Assembly: GCF_000315625.1 (NCBI RefSeq)
Contig: NW_005434641.1
Coordinates: forward strand, 387,113-451,112
DNA from: Guillardia theta CCMP2712
Lineage: Eukaryota; Protista; Cryptophyta
DNA length: 64,000 bases
Reading direction: 5' to 3'
A program made the position numbers and the translations under genes. The notes beneath the pieces are model-generated. The model was given only the letters and a program-made list of their open reading frames with translations, did not search any database and had not been told where the DNA came from. This document shows, in pieces, positions 23,444 to 35,220 of this stretch. The first letter of the stretch is position 1, and each line of letters starts with the position of its first letter.

Positions 23444-24839
23444 TCAAGATTCGAAAAAGCTCACTCGTCGCATGGGAGAGTTTCCCCGGCTACGAGAACT
23501 TGCGAGAGGAGAAACTGATTTGCGCGAACTCTCAGCAAGCTCCGAGTCTGAGAGCGACCTCGGAACTGTCGTGCGGTTGAGCGTGGATGAGTTGTGAACG
23601 TCGGAAGTAGAAGCAAACGGGCCCTTGGGCCCCTTGGGTGCTGAAGTTGGCGCTGTAGCAACCTTGACAGAATCCAGCAGAGCTTTTGCGAAAGACTTTC
23701 CTGACTGCCACAAGCCTTGCTTGCTGCTTGCTTTTGTTGCAGGTGCCTTGCGGAGGATACTTTGGGGCTGAATTGAAGCGGAAGAGGAAGTCTCGGCATC
23801 AAACTTGACGCTCTTTCTTGACACTGGAAATGAACTTCAGTGATCACGAACAAACGTGACGAGATCGATTACCTTCCGATCCTTTGCTTCGCCCACTGTC
23901 ACTTCCGCTGTCAGATCCTGAATCTGCAAGGCGAGGGGTCATGCAGAATGCGTTGCACGAGTGTTGCTTGAGAAACTTCTTGATGCCCTCCATTCCCAGG
24001 TTCTCCCTTCCAAACCCCTCCCCGTCTGCCGAGTGCACCTGGGGGCTGGTGTAGCAACCTGCAACTCCCTTCATCCCGAACACTAGTATCCGCTGCTCCG
24101 ACGCGTTCCAAGTGTAGTGCGAGAACGCTTCGAGGAGCTCTTCGCCAGCAGTAGTGATGGGCTTGAACTTGCCGGCTATGAGCGGCTCGACACAGACGAG
24201 CTGATCGTCTCTTTCGCAGAGCTTGTAGATGGTGACGGGGATGAATTCAAGCCTTCCATGGCTCGCTCGCTCCTTGTCGAATTCTTCCGCAAAGTCCTTA
24301 GCCAGCAGTTGCGACATCGCTTTGTGGAAGTACGCCTGCACAGGTTGTTCTTCCTTGAAGAGTTTGGCGACTGAGGTGACCCTGACACCATCAGGAAGCT
24401 TTTCTGACATTAGAAATCCTACCCGCATCGACCCCATGCAGAACGGTTCCTCCGACAAAGTCACGTACGCTCTGCTTGCAACCCATTGCTCTGTCTCCCG
24501 GTTGTAGGTGAACTTCACAGCCTTTTCCGGTAAATCTCCATTTACGTTGAGAAAATCTCCCTCACAGACATTCTGTGGAGATATACTGTTTGCAGCAATC
24601 CTCTGAATCTTCTCCTCCTTGCCGGTGCGCCGCTGTTCTGCTTCCTTCAGTCTGGATGCTTGCCGGGTGAGCTGGTCAAGATCTCGTGGGGATGGAGAAG
24701 GAGACTTTCGTTCCATGTTCTTTGTCTCTTTGAGCTTGTATGACTGTCGGGTCATGTTGTCGATGTCTCTAGGTGAAGGAGAGGGAGATTTCCTCTCCCT
24801 GTCCACAACTTGCTTTGCATGCCCTCTCACCAAACTCAT
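23444..24839 (-). CDS. Alpha-kinase (eEF2K/MHCK family) domain protein, probably catalytically dead
   Basis: EPFCMGSMR, VAKLF, EAFSHYTW, PQVHS, FGRENLGMEGIKKFLKQHSCNAFC. Second exon is ~23444-23824. Confidence 0.85.
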
Positions 24840-24929
24840 GCTTGATCACTTGCTTACAGTCGCGTTCTCAGATTCTTGCCGGCTCTATTCCTCTTTCAGT
24901 TCACTCGCTCACTCGCTACTCACTCGCTC

Positions 24930-24934
24930 CCTCG

Positions 24935-24965
<31 letters not shown>

Positions 24966-24978
24966 GCTCTCTCGCTCT

Positions 24979-25008
<30 letters not shown>
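24930..25008 (+). repeat. (CT)n/(CTCG) microsatellite
   Basis: Directly visible. Confidence 0.85.
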
Positions 25009-25009
<1 letters not shown>

Positions 25010-25770
25010 CCCTCAGGGCCTGCTGCTCGTCGCTCTTGGCTTCTAGACTTTAAGATACCAAGGGTTGCGATTTAACTGGTCGAGGGGGTGGGTGGAAGCA
25101 CGAGAATTCGGTGTAACAGGTGGAGGTACCGGTCCTTTGCACTGCTTTTGACCTCGCATCAAGGCCTGAGGGGTCATGGTGTGGTGCCTTGAGGTCACTG
25201 GGGTTGGTGGGGTGGTAACCATATCTTTTTCGCCCCCTGATAATCGAATCATCGCGGCAGCTAGGACCCTCCTAGGACCCCTTCAATGTCATCAGCTACA
25301 TCATAAAATATCCTAGTACTCAGGCCTAGGAAAGCTATGTCTTCGATATGAAAATAAAATTCAATGGACCACCCCTCCCTTTCTCGAAGCAAGTTCGGCA
25401 CCCAGGGCCTTCTCGGGGCCTCTGCCACTGACTAATCCGGTACCCGTGTAGATGACCCGGTCAGTACCCCACCTAGTATGCGGGAAGTACCACCTAGACC
25501 CCTCCGCGCGGGTGCCAGGTCTGTGGTCCCCCAACGTGTCGGAAGCAGCCAATGTAACGGGCGGTGAACAAACTTGTAACGGTAAAGTATCCTTGAAGCA
25601 TCCTTAACTTAACTTTGAGTAAAGTTCTTGACCGTACTGGCATGTCCTGCGCGCAGTTAAGTGAAGGTATCAGTTAAGCCTGGGGGACAGCAGTCGGCAG
25701 GATTCGGTTTAGTTCTCGCTGTCTTTTCTCTTCTCGCCGTTTGGCCTGTGCGAGTGTAAAAGGGGCTCGC

Positions 25771-25879
25771 CTCTCCTGATTGTCCTCGTACTGATTTTTA
25801 ACTTAACTTTGAGTAACGGTCAAGCCTCCTCGACTCTCCTGATTGTCCTCGTACTGATTTTTAACTTAACTTTGAGTAA
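25771..25879 (+). repeat. 46-bp direct repeat (25771-25816, 25834-25879)
   Basis: CTCTCCTGATTGTCCTCGTACTGATTTTTAACTTAACTTTGAGTAA occurs twice. A partial third copy lies at ~25604-25624. Confidence 0.9.
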
Positions 25880-25894
25880 AGAATACTGGCATGT

Positions 25895-26330
25895 CAGTCG
25901 GATGTCCCGCCGGTACGGTCCGGTCGCCGCAAGACGGTCCCACAGTGTGGCCGCCCGGGCCCGCCGCCCGGGCCCGGCCGCAGACTGAGGTGCCGGGGCG
26001 GACCGGCCTCCGGGGAGGCCCGGCCCCGGGTCGGAACGCCGGTTCACGCCGACGGTTCAAACGGTCCTGCCCCCGGCTAGTAAGGCTACCGTGGTGACCG
26101 CATCCGAGCCGGATCCGCCGGACGAGCCAGGCGGCCCGCCGCCGGCCCCCCCGGCTCCGGGCCTCTCGCGGCCCCGGTGACTGAGCCGCCGGCCGGACCG
26201 GACGACTGAGAGTCAGGGCGACTCGGACTCAGAGTGGAGCCCGGCCGGCCGGCGATGCCGGCCCGGGCCGCACTGCGGCCGGGCAGTGCCGCGGCAGTCC
26301 GGAGTCTGCGGGACCTTATTACTCAGTCAA
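25895..26330. other. GC-rich CCGG island 2
   Basis: About 28 CCGG in ~400 bp by hand count, between the divergent alpha-kinase and PGM genes. Confidence 0.7.
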
Positions 26331-26563
26331 CTTGGAGTACTACGGCGTCGGGGATTTTCCAGAACTTCGCACTTGTGCAGGTCATATGTACCGGTACTTC
26401 AACCACCCCACGTATCATTAGTACCGGTGTTCCATGTACCACCACCTATATCTCTACCCAATGAGGACCACCTGTTTCTCAGTCAAATCCACCCAATCTG
26501 CATCACCCACCCTACCCATTGTTACCTCCCACCCCGGCCTCTCGCTGCCGGTGTCGAACCGTG

Positions 26564-28348
26564 ATGGCGGAGGATCCTCTACGGACGGTGACGCGAGCTA
26601 CGAGGCCGATGGGCGGGCAGAAGCCCGGGACATCCGGGCTGAGGAAGAAGACGCGAGAGTTCATGCAGCCTGACTACCTGGCCAACTTCGTTCAGAGCGT
26701 GTTCGATGCGCTGCATGAGGTTGGGACGCAGACGGAGGGAGGCACGCTGGTGGTATCAGGGGACGGGAGGTTCTTCAACAAGGAAGCCATTCAGATCATC
26801 ATCAAGATTGCTGTAGCTGCTGGCGTCCAGAGGTTTTGGGTGGGCAAGGATGGCCTCCTATCAACTCCAGCGGTTTCAGCGGTCATCAGGAACAGGGCTG
26901 GAGGGTTCAAAGCTTTCGGAGCTTTCATACTGTCGGCGTCGCACAACCCGGGAGGCATAGAGGAAGACTTCGGGATCAAGTACAACTGTGAGAATGGCGG
27001 ACCCTCCCCTGAGAAGATCACCGAACTTGTGTATGCCAAGACTCAGACCATCTCAGAGATCAGATCTGCCGACGCCTTCCCCAACGTCGATTTGTCCTCG
27101 GTGGGCGTACAAGAGTTCTCGTCCCCCGACGGCAAACGGCAAGTCACCATCGAGATTTTCGACCCGACGGAAGACCACGTGGCTGTGCTGCAGCAGTGCT
27201 TCGACCTAGAGGCCATCAAGAGGCTCATGGCTCGCAGCGACTTCTCCTTCTGTTACGACTCCCTCCATGGGGTTCAGGGCCCCTACGCCAGGCGCATCTT
27301 CTGCGACATTCTCGGGGCGCCCGCGTCTTGTCTGATGAACTGTGAGCCCAAGGAAGACTTCGGAGGCCCTTCATGCCCCAGCCATGGTCACGCGGACCCG
27401 AACCTTGCCAACGCTCGGGAGCTCTGTGAGAGGATGGGAGTGTCGGCTGATGGGTCGCCAGTGATGGGACAGTCATGGCAAGTCCCATGCATGGGGGCAG
27501 CAGCCGATGGAGATGCGGACAGGAACATGATCCTTGGGACTCGATTCTTCGTGACTCCATCGGACTCGCTGGCTGTGATCGTGGACAACTGTCATCTCAT
27601 CCCCTACTTCAGCAGGGACAACAAGAATCTGCTGCGAGGAGCGTCGAGGAGCATGCCCACCAGCTGTGCGCTTGACCATGTCTGCAAGGCCAAGGGAATT
27701 CCTTTCTTTGAAACCCCCACGGGATGGAAGTTTTTCGGCAACTTGATGGACTCGGGCACATACGCACCCTTCATCTGCGGTGAGGAGAGCTTTGGAACAG
27801 GTTCAGACCACATCCGAGAGAAGGACGGCATGTGGGCTGTGCTTGCTTGGCTCCAGATTCTTGCAGCAAACAACGTGGACCCCAGCAAGCCTCTCGTTAC
27901 CATCGAAGACATCGTGACCTCGCACTGGAGTAAGTATGGGCGCAACTACTACGCGAGGTACGACTACGAAGGAGTTGACCTCGACAGCGCGAACAAGATG
28001 ATGGAGAGAATGGTGAGCATGGCAGGTTCTTGGCCTGCAGATGCGTTCGAGACCTACGAGCTACAGAAGGCCGATGTCTTCGAGTACACAGACCCGATCG
28101 ACGGCTCTGTCTCTAAGAACCAGGGCATTCGCTTCCTCTTCCAGGACGGCTCTCGCATTGTCTTTCGCCTCAGTGGAACTGGCGTGGTGGGGGCCACCAT
28201 CCGCATGTACCTCGAGAAGTATGAGCCTCCGGCTGGGGACCTTTCTCGGCATCCCCATGAGGTAGTGAAGCCTCTTGCTGTCCTCGCCCTCAAGTTATCC
28301 AAGTTGCAAGAGTTCACTGGACGAGACGTGCCCTCCGTCATCACCTAA
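26564..28348 (+). CDS. PGM: Phosphoglucomutase (intronless)
   Basis: GQKPGTSGLRKK, phosphoserine loop SASHNPGG, metal loop DGDADRN, sugar loop CGEESFG, FRLSGTG, C-terminal PSVIT. Confidence 0.97.
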   Translation: MAEDPLRTVTRATRPMGGQKPGTSGLRKKTREFMQPDYLANFVQSVFDALHEVGTQTEGGTLVVSGDGRFFNKEAIQIIIKIAVAAGVQRFWVGKDGLLSTPAVSAVIRNRAGGFKAFGAFILSASHNPGGIEEDFGIKYNCENGGPSPEKITELVYAKTQTISEIRSADAFPNVDLSSVGVQEFSSPDGKRQVTIEIFDPTEDHVAVLQQCFDLEAIKRLMARSDFSFCYDSLHGVQGPYARRIFCDILGAPASCLMNCEPKEDFGGPSCPSHGHADPNLANARELCERMGVSADGSPVMGQSWQVPCMGAAADGDADRNMILGTRFFVTPSDSLAVIVDNCHLIPYFSRDNKNLLRGASRSMPTSCALDHVCKAKGIPFFETPTGWKFFGNLMDSGTYAPFICGEESFGTGSDHIREKDGMWAVLAWLQILAANNVDPSKPLVTIEDIVTSHWSKYGRNYYARYDYEGVDLDSANKMMERMVSMAGSWPADAFETYELQKADVFEYTDPIDGSVSKNQGIRFLFQDGSRIVFRLSGTGVVGATIRMYLEKYEPPAGDLSRHPHEVVKPLAVLALKLSKLQEFTGRDVPSVIT

Positions 28349-28424
28349 TCGTTTACTGGAACAACAAGACATAACATATGCTTCCATGCCTCCTGCACGC
28401 GATTGGACGAGCCTGTGCTCTGTC

Positions 28425-29189
28425 CTATTCGTTTTTCCGTTTGTTCTTCCCTCCCTTGCTCCTTTTCTTTCCCTTGTTCGATCCTGTTGAGCTCAAGTCC
28501 AGCTTGCTCTTAATCAGGGCCTCCAGCTCGTCCTCGTTCGCTTTGACCTGATCGTCATTCTCTGATGTCTCAGTCTCCGACAACATGGACGATCGAGTGT
28601 TCAGAACAGGCTCGACTACTCCCATCTCTTTCCGCAGAAACTCGGGGAGGAAGAAGATGGACTGATCCTCTGTCGTTGCGTCGCTTGTCGTAGCTTGGCT
28701 GACCCCATCTCTTTGCGGCATGGAGGAGAACCGTCGGTCGGGAACGATGGAGCAAGTCAGGTTGTCGATCATGAACGCGTTGATAAGCAGAAGGTGGTGA
28801 TACACCCGGTTGGAGCAGGGGTAGGGGTTGTCGAAGAAGCTGTGTAAGTTGTCAGGGAGCCGCTCTCTTCTCGCCCTCGCTGGAAGAAAAATGTCAAACA
28901 GTTCTTCCAGCTTGGGAGTCGAGGAACCGCTGACAAGCTCCAGCAGCTCTGGGATCTCTCTCTGCATGTGCTCCACCCGTTGAACTAGCAGCGCTTGCTC
29001 CGACGACATGCACGACCTTCGCTCGCCCGCGTCCTGCAGCCCGCTGAAGAGACCTTTGGTGTGCCACCATGGCAGATGAGCGTAGCGAGAAGTTTCCGGC
29101 TTCACCTGGTTGGAGACAACAAAGGGAGGGAGGAGGACACAGAGGACTATGAGACTGCCCGCTATCTTGCTGTCGTAGAACATGCCCAT
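28425..29189 (-). CDS. Hypothetical protein with probable signal peptide
   Basis: 254-aa ORF with a hydrophobic N-terminus (IAGSLIVLCVLLPPFVVS) and a Lys-rich tail, convergent with PGM. No family recognised. Confidence 0.55.
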   Translation of the reverse strand: MGMFYDSKIAGSLIVLCVLLPPFVVSNQVKPETSRYAHLPWWHTKGLFSGLQDAGERRSCMSSEQALLVQRVEHMQREIPELLELVSGSSTPKLEELFDIFLPARARRERLPDNLHSFFDNPYPCSNRVYHHLLLINAFMIDNLTCSIVPDRRFSSMPQRDGVSQATTSDATTEDQSIFFLPEFLRKEMGVVEPVLNTRSSMLSETETSENDDQVKANEDELEALIKSKLDLSSTGSNKGKKRSKGGKNKRKNE

Positions 29190-29405
29190 CTAGACGGGGA
29201 AGGAGCGTCGTGTAGGAGGGGGAGGAGAAGGGGGGACGCGAGAAGGGCAAAGCGACAAACAGTGTGCGCAGAGGATAGGAGACGGGAGCAATGAGGAGAA
29301 AGTGGAGATGTTTTCGAAGGTGACAGAGGTAAGGAGGGGTATGGGGCAAGGGGTCAGAACATACCGAGGAAGAGAAAAAGAGGGAGGAAGGGGCGGAGGA
29401 GGACG

Positions 29406-29550
29406 GAGGGCGGGAGAGCTGAGGAGGATGACGGAGGGCGGGAGAGCGGAGGAGGATGAAGGAGGGCGGGAGAGCGGAGGAGGATGAAGGAGGGCGGGAG
29501 AGCGGAGGAGGATGAAGGAGGGCGGGAGAGCGGAGGAGGATGAAGGAGGG
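29406..29550 (+). repeat. ~28-bp tandem repeat (GGAGGGCGGGAGAGCGGAGGAGGATGAA)n
   Basis: About 5 copies visible. Confidence 0.9.
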
Positions 29551-30189
29551 ACGGCAGGGCAGCACTGATGGGGGTCAGCGAGGAGGGGAGGAGGAAGCGA
29601 CCATCTAAGCGACCATCTGAGCGACCATCAGGGAAGCATGTCAGAGGGGGGATGAGGGAGGTCGGCACGGCCCGGGCCCTCATCAGTGAATCCGGTGACC
29701 CCCCGGCGATCAACTTCAGGTGATTTTTCAAACTTTACTAGACCTTCCACCCCCCTTCTTGACTTATTTTACACCCGTGGTATGGGCAAGTTCTACAACC
29801 CCACCCCTATCAATTGAACTGTGGTTCTCAGCGATGAGATCAACCAGTCACCCCTTCATCACCCCCAAGATGACTGTGATATTTGGGGTAGGGGTGGTTG
29901 CAAGAGAGCCCTCATCCCCACATCGACCCCACCAAATATGGTCTCCGAAACCTGCTCCGAAACTAGTTGCGGGTGTGGTGATGCTAGGGGTGGGTACTAG
30001 TGGACTAAGCCTACTGGTGACCCCGTCCTTGTCCTCAGTGATATATTAAATATCAGGGGTACAAAAAGAAATGGTGGGTACTATTTGAATGATGGGGGTA
30101 GGCGTGATTGGGTCCTCATGTTGTTAAGTTGGGCATGTCGCACATGCTTGGCCACTGAACGTGATGGAAGAGGGAGGGAGAGAGAGAGG

Positions 30190-30298
30190 GAGAGTGAGTG
30201 AGTGAGTGAGTGAGTGAGTGAGTGAGTGAGTGAGTGAGTGAGTGAGTGAGTGAGTGAGTGAGTGAGTGAGTGAGTGAGTGAGTGAGTGAGTGAGTGAG
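30190..30298 (+). repeat. (GAGT)n microsatellite abutting a gap
   Basis: Directly visible. Confidence 0.95.
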
Positions 30299-31101
30299 NN
30301 NNNNNNNNNNNNNNNNNNNNNNNNNNNNNNNNNNNNNNNNNNNNNNNNNNNNNNNNNNNNNNNNNNNNNNNNNNNNNNNNNNNNNNNNNNNNNNNNNNCA
30401 TAGTTCCGACAAGTCGAGCAGGTCTGTTGGAGACCCATGTCATAGACACATGCTTTCCCCTTGACCCGACCCACCTCCGTCCCCTAGTCGCAATCTTGCG
30501 ATCCCCTGATCGTACAAATCTTGATTTCTGCTACGTTCCCGTTCCTTTCGCCTGTATTCCCTTCCTCTCCTCCCTACAACCACCACCTCCTCCTCTCCCT
30601 CCCTCCTCCTCCTCCCCCCCCTCCTCATCCTCTTCTTTTCCGTCCTCGTCCCCTTCTTTTCGAGGGAGGGAGGGAGGGAGAAGGGATTGAGGATGATGGA
30701 GATGATGTAGGCGATGATGATACCTGAGGTGATGAAGGAGATGACGAGAATAGAAAGAACGGCAACATGACACGTACAGACCAGCAAGGATACAGAAGGT
30801 CACAAGGAATCAAGAATATGTAGCTGATGTATGTGAAGTTTGGCTCTGCCTCCAATGAATGAGTACATGATGAGTTGTGATGTAGAAGACGAGTGTAGAA
30901 GAAGAGAGACGCATAAGTACGTTGAATGAGAAAAATGGAGGAAGGAGGGATGAATGCAGAAGGGGGACAGAGTAGAGGCAAGACAGTCAGCAAAGAAGAG
31001 GGGAGGGAGGGTAGCGGGGATTTGAAACAGCTGAGAGAGAAGAGTTTGACGTTTCAACAGGCGAACTCGTGAGTTTAGAGGAGTCAACGGGCAAGCTAAA
31101 C

Positions 31102-33390
31102 ATGTCCAAGAGCTGCCCCAAGTGTCAGTCTACCAACATCGAGACGGATGGTGCGCGAGGAGAGGCTGTTTGCACTAACTGCGGTCACGTGCTTGAGGAG
31201 TGCGCCATCGTCTCTGAGGTTCAGTTCAGCGAGAACGCGGGAGGACAGTCGTCGGTAGTGGGTCAGTTTGTGCCCGAGCATGGCTTGTCGGGGTTCCGAG
31301 GAGCGCCGGGCTACGGCGGCTTCTCCAAGGAGTCGCGCGAGGTGACGCTGGCCAACGGCAAGCGGATCATCCAGCACATCGCGGGCTGCCTGCGACTGGC
31401 GAGCAACCACGTAGAGGTGGCTCATCGGTTCTTCCAGCAGGCGGTGCAGAAGAACTTCATCCAGGGGAGGCGAACCAACAGCGTGGTGGCCGCGTGCCTC
31501 TACATCGTCTGCCGGCGACTCAAGACGTCGCACATGCTCATCGACTTCGCTGAGGTCCTTCAGATCGACGTGTACGACCTCGGCAACGTCTTCCTCAAGT
31601 TCTGCAAGGAGCTTCACATCAAGCTGGACCCTATCGACCCCTCCCTCTACATCCGCCGCTTCGCCTCCATGCTCGAGTTCGAGGAGAAGACCCACCAGGT
31701 CGCGCACACGGCGCTTCGGATCGTGGCGAGGATGAACCGGGAGTGGATGATCACTGGGAGGAGGCCCGCGGGGATCTGCGGGGCCGGGCTGATCATCGCG
31801 GCGAAGATGCACGGGTTCAACAGGACGGAGACTCAGATCGCTCAGGTCGTGCGGATCTGCGACGGGACCCTCAAGAAGCGACTGAGCGAGTTCGACGAGA
31901 CTGGCGCGTCCGACCTGACGGTCAGTGAGTTCAACTCGCTGTTCAAGGCCGGCAGTGCCACCGACTTCGTGGACGACGAGAAGTACAAGGAGGAGGAAAG
32001 CAAGTGGTGGTGGGATAGCAAATGCGCGCCTCCCTCCATGAAGAACCAAACCAAGAAGAAGAAAATCTCCTCCTCTCCCTCCTCCCGCTCGCAGTCTGTG
32101 TCGGAGTTCTCCATGGAAGGGCTACAGGACCAGGTGAAGCAACTTCATATTCCAGTTGCCTTCCGCTTGTGACGCCTTCATTGATCCCCCCTCCCCTCTC
32201 TCCTCCCCTCTCCTTCCCTTCTACCCTCTTCCTGTCTCTAATGTCGACCCCCCCCTCCCCCCTCGCCTGTTCCCCTCATCTTCGTGCTGATTGTGCTTCA
32301 GGCGGAACGCGCTCTCGCAGAGTCTGCGGAGCTGCAGGAGCTGGACAGAGAACCAGCCAGCGCACTGACCTGCGACTTCATGACAGCGAGAGGAGGGAGC
32401 GAGACGCCGCAGCAGAAGGCGGGAGGAGCAGGAGGGGACGGCAGAGTGACTGGGGCTTCTCCTCCTGTTCGACTTTCTCCGGCTGAGAGCCCGCGAAGGG
32501 AGGGAGAGGAAGGGAGGCAGGCGATACCGAGCGTCAGGGTGGACGAGGAGCAGGAGGACGAATCTGAGAATCTGAGTGAAGTTGACGACGATGAAATCAG
32601 TAACATTGGAGGAGGAGGATGGGACAGGGGTGCGGTGGAAGAGGAAGTCGAAGGGGAGGGGGACGATGGAGGGGATAGTGGGAGGAGAGGAGCTGACTTC
32701 TTGATTCAGATGCTTGCCTGAGGACGCCGGAGGAAGTTGCGCACAGGACGATCGTGTGGGATGAGATGAACCGAGAATATCTCGAGCAGCAGGCGGAGAG
32801 GCAGAAGCTAGCAGAGGTCCCTGCTTGTCCTTCTTCCTTGTCCTTGTCCTTGTCCTGGACAGGGTCTATTGCCTCCTCCTCCTCATCATCCTCCTCCTCC
32901 CCTTTTCCTCGTCCTCTTTCCCTTATTTGCAACTGTAAGTGACTGGTTGACAGATCCGAGGGATTCCGACTGGGTCGCAGAGGAGAAAAAGAAAAGCAGA
33001 GGAAGAGTTTGTTGGCTCGACAGCTGCTGAGGTGAGCAGAAGAGAGGGAGGGAGGGAGGGAGGGAGGGAGAGGAGGGGAGGGGAGGGGAGGGGAGGGGAG
33101 GAGGAGGGGAGGGAGGGGAAGAGAGCGAGGAGGGAGGATGAGTGACAAGATCAGGAGATGGTGACATCAAGGTGTTGACAGGCTACGGCGAAGATGCTCA
33201 AGAACAAGAACTTGTCGGACAAGGTTGCGTCCAGAGGCGGAGGGAGAAAGGGAGGGGGGTAGGGAGGAGGAAGGGAGGGGGTAGAGGGGAGGGAGGAGGG
33301 GTGGGTTGTGACGGGTGTCCTTGACTTGGTGTGTAGGTGAACTACGCAGCTCTCGAGGAGCTGTTGGGTCCGATGAATCAAACGGTATGA
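31102..33390 (+). CDS. BRF1: Transcription factor IIIB subunit BRF1 (multi-exon)
   Basis: Zn ribbon CPKC..CTNCG, cyclin folds (GRRTNSVVAACLY, IDPSLYIRRFA, TGRRPAGICGA), C-terminal LSEVDDDEI, WDEMNREYL and LSDK|VNYAAL blocks. Confidence 0.95.
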
Positions 33391-33610
33391 GGAGGCGGGG
33401 GAGGAGCAGCGAGGAGTGTACGAGTATGTGTAGATGCAAGTGAAGCGAAACAAGAAATTCGCGACCGGAGGAGGAAGGGGTGGGGAGAGACGCAGAGGCC
33501 AGGCATGTCATCGAAGCTTCATATGAGAGGGGAGTAAGGATCACAACCGTATAGCAGCATGCTCTCGCGCGGGATGTCCAGCTGGAGCAGACGCTGATCC
33601 TCCAGCTCCT

Positions 33611-34300
33611 TCAGTGATACTTGTAGTTCTTCTCGTGGCCTGGGGATCAACACGTCCGTCAGTACCACTGCTGCTGCTGCTGCTCTGCTGCTGCTGCTCT
33701 TCGCCGATCACTCAGCCCAAACTATCTCGGGGCCACCCTTGTTCTTCTTGAGGTGCTCTAAGTAGATGCGATCGCAGTCAGCAGCGACTTGTAGCACATA
33801 AGCCACACTGCTCGCTCATCCAACCGAATCAACAAGACAGGGGAGGAGGCAAGAACAACAACCAGAGACAGCAAGGGGCAGCATGTGAGCAGCAGGAGAA
33901 GTAACTATTCGTTGATCACATCACAAACAGCAGTGGTTAGCTCGTTAGCGGTGGGAAGTTCTTACGCAAGTGAGCGAAGTAGTCGTTAAGGTAGCCAATG
34001 CCCCAGACGAAGAGACCGGCGTGAAGGAGAGGCTCCCATCGGTCGCCCTGCATGACACAAGTTATGGGAGCAAGAAGGATGATCAAGTCATGGGAGCTCG
34101 AAGCTGTAAGCTCACCTTGTTGTACTTCTCATGATACTGCTGCATCCATGACTGACAAGCTCGAGTTAGCAGAGCAGCGAAACTGCTCACGTGAAGAGAT
34201 GAGGGAGGTGGAGATGATGAGGGCGAGAAAAGCTTGGATGTGTGAGGGGCTGATTACGAATAGCCTCGCAGGGAACCACAGCTGCATTAGCAAGCAACCA
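33611..34300 (-). CDS. Mitochondrial ATP synthase subunit f-like (small exons, N-terminal exons unresolved)
   Basis: Exons 34116-34151, ~33966-34047 and 33611-33639 splice to SWMQQYHEKYNK-GDRWEPLLHAGLFVWGIGYLNDYFAHL-RHEKNYKYH*, resembling the C-termini of yeast Atp17 (..KY....KPLWH..GY..Y.FHLRH) and animal subunit f (HLKHER..KYH). Confidence 0.75.
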
Positions 34301-35048
34301 TGTTTGTGCGGGTTGATTGGTGGGTTGAGTGAGGGGCTTACAACAGACACTCATACTAGCAGAGCAGATTGATAGGACCATGCGGGCGACAAGGGAAGGG
34401 ATAAAGGATGGGAAAGGAAGAGAGAGCGATGTCAAGGAAACAAAAGTTGAGGAGGCTGCAATTAACGACAAGACTAGCAAAGGAGAGACAAGGCAGCAAG
34501 ACGTGAGATGAAAGTCAAGAACTTTGTGGATGGTTTCAAGGAGAGGGGGGAAAAGAAAAAGCTATGAGGAGACTTGGAGGGAGGAGGACGACACTGGTGT
34601 TGCACGGGGCAAACAAGACGATCAGGAGTGAACAGTGCGGGGAGGGAGGAGGAGGNNNNNNNNNNNNNNNNNNNNNNNNNNNNNNNNNNNNNNNNNNNNN
34701 NNNNNNNNNNNNNNNNNNNNNNNNNNNNNNNNNNNNNNNNNNNNNNNNNNNNNNNNNNNNNNNNNNNNNNNNNNNNNNNNNNNNNNNNNNNNNNNNNNNN
34801 NNNNNNNNNNNNNNNNNNNNNNNNNNNNNNNNNNNNNNNNNNNNNNNNNNNNNNNNNNNNNNNNNNNNNNNNNNNNNNNNNNNNNNNNNNNNNNNNNNNN
34901 NNNNNNNNNNNNNNNNNNNNNNNNNNNNNNNNNNNNNNNNNNNNNNNNNNNNNNNNNNNNNNNNNNNNNNNNNNNNNNNNNNNNNNNNNNNNNNNNNNNN
35001 NNNNNNNNNNNNNNNNNNNNNNNNNNNNNNNNNNNNNNNNNNNNNNNN

Positions 35049-35118
35049 GAGGGAGAGGAGGAGGGAGAGGAGGAGGGAGAGGAGGAGGGAGAGGAGGAGG
35101 GAGAGGAGGAGGGAGAGG
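35049..35118 (+). repeat. (GAGGGAGAGGAG)n 12-mer abutting a gap
   Basis: Directly visible. Confidence 0.85.
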
Positions 35119-35220
35119 TAGGAGGATGGAGCTTGTTTGTTTGAGCGAGTGTTAAACGTTGTTCGAATCTCCTCTTAGTCGTGAATTTCCGGCCCTGAAC
35201 CTGATACCCTGCTGCTTCAG

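Noticed and set aside
25820-26464. Pro/Arg/Gly-rich ORFs within GC islands
   Set aside because: Stop-codon scarcity at very high GC. No coding signature.
26564-28348. Intronless PGM as a retrogene or recent horizontal transfer
   Set aside because: Other exons of 1-3 kb occur in this window, codon style matches neighbours, and there is no poly(A) remnant or target duplication.
30400-31060. Possible small membrane-protein gene upstream of BRF1
   Set aside because: Low-complexity hydrophobic translations only. No consistent exon chain found.
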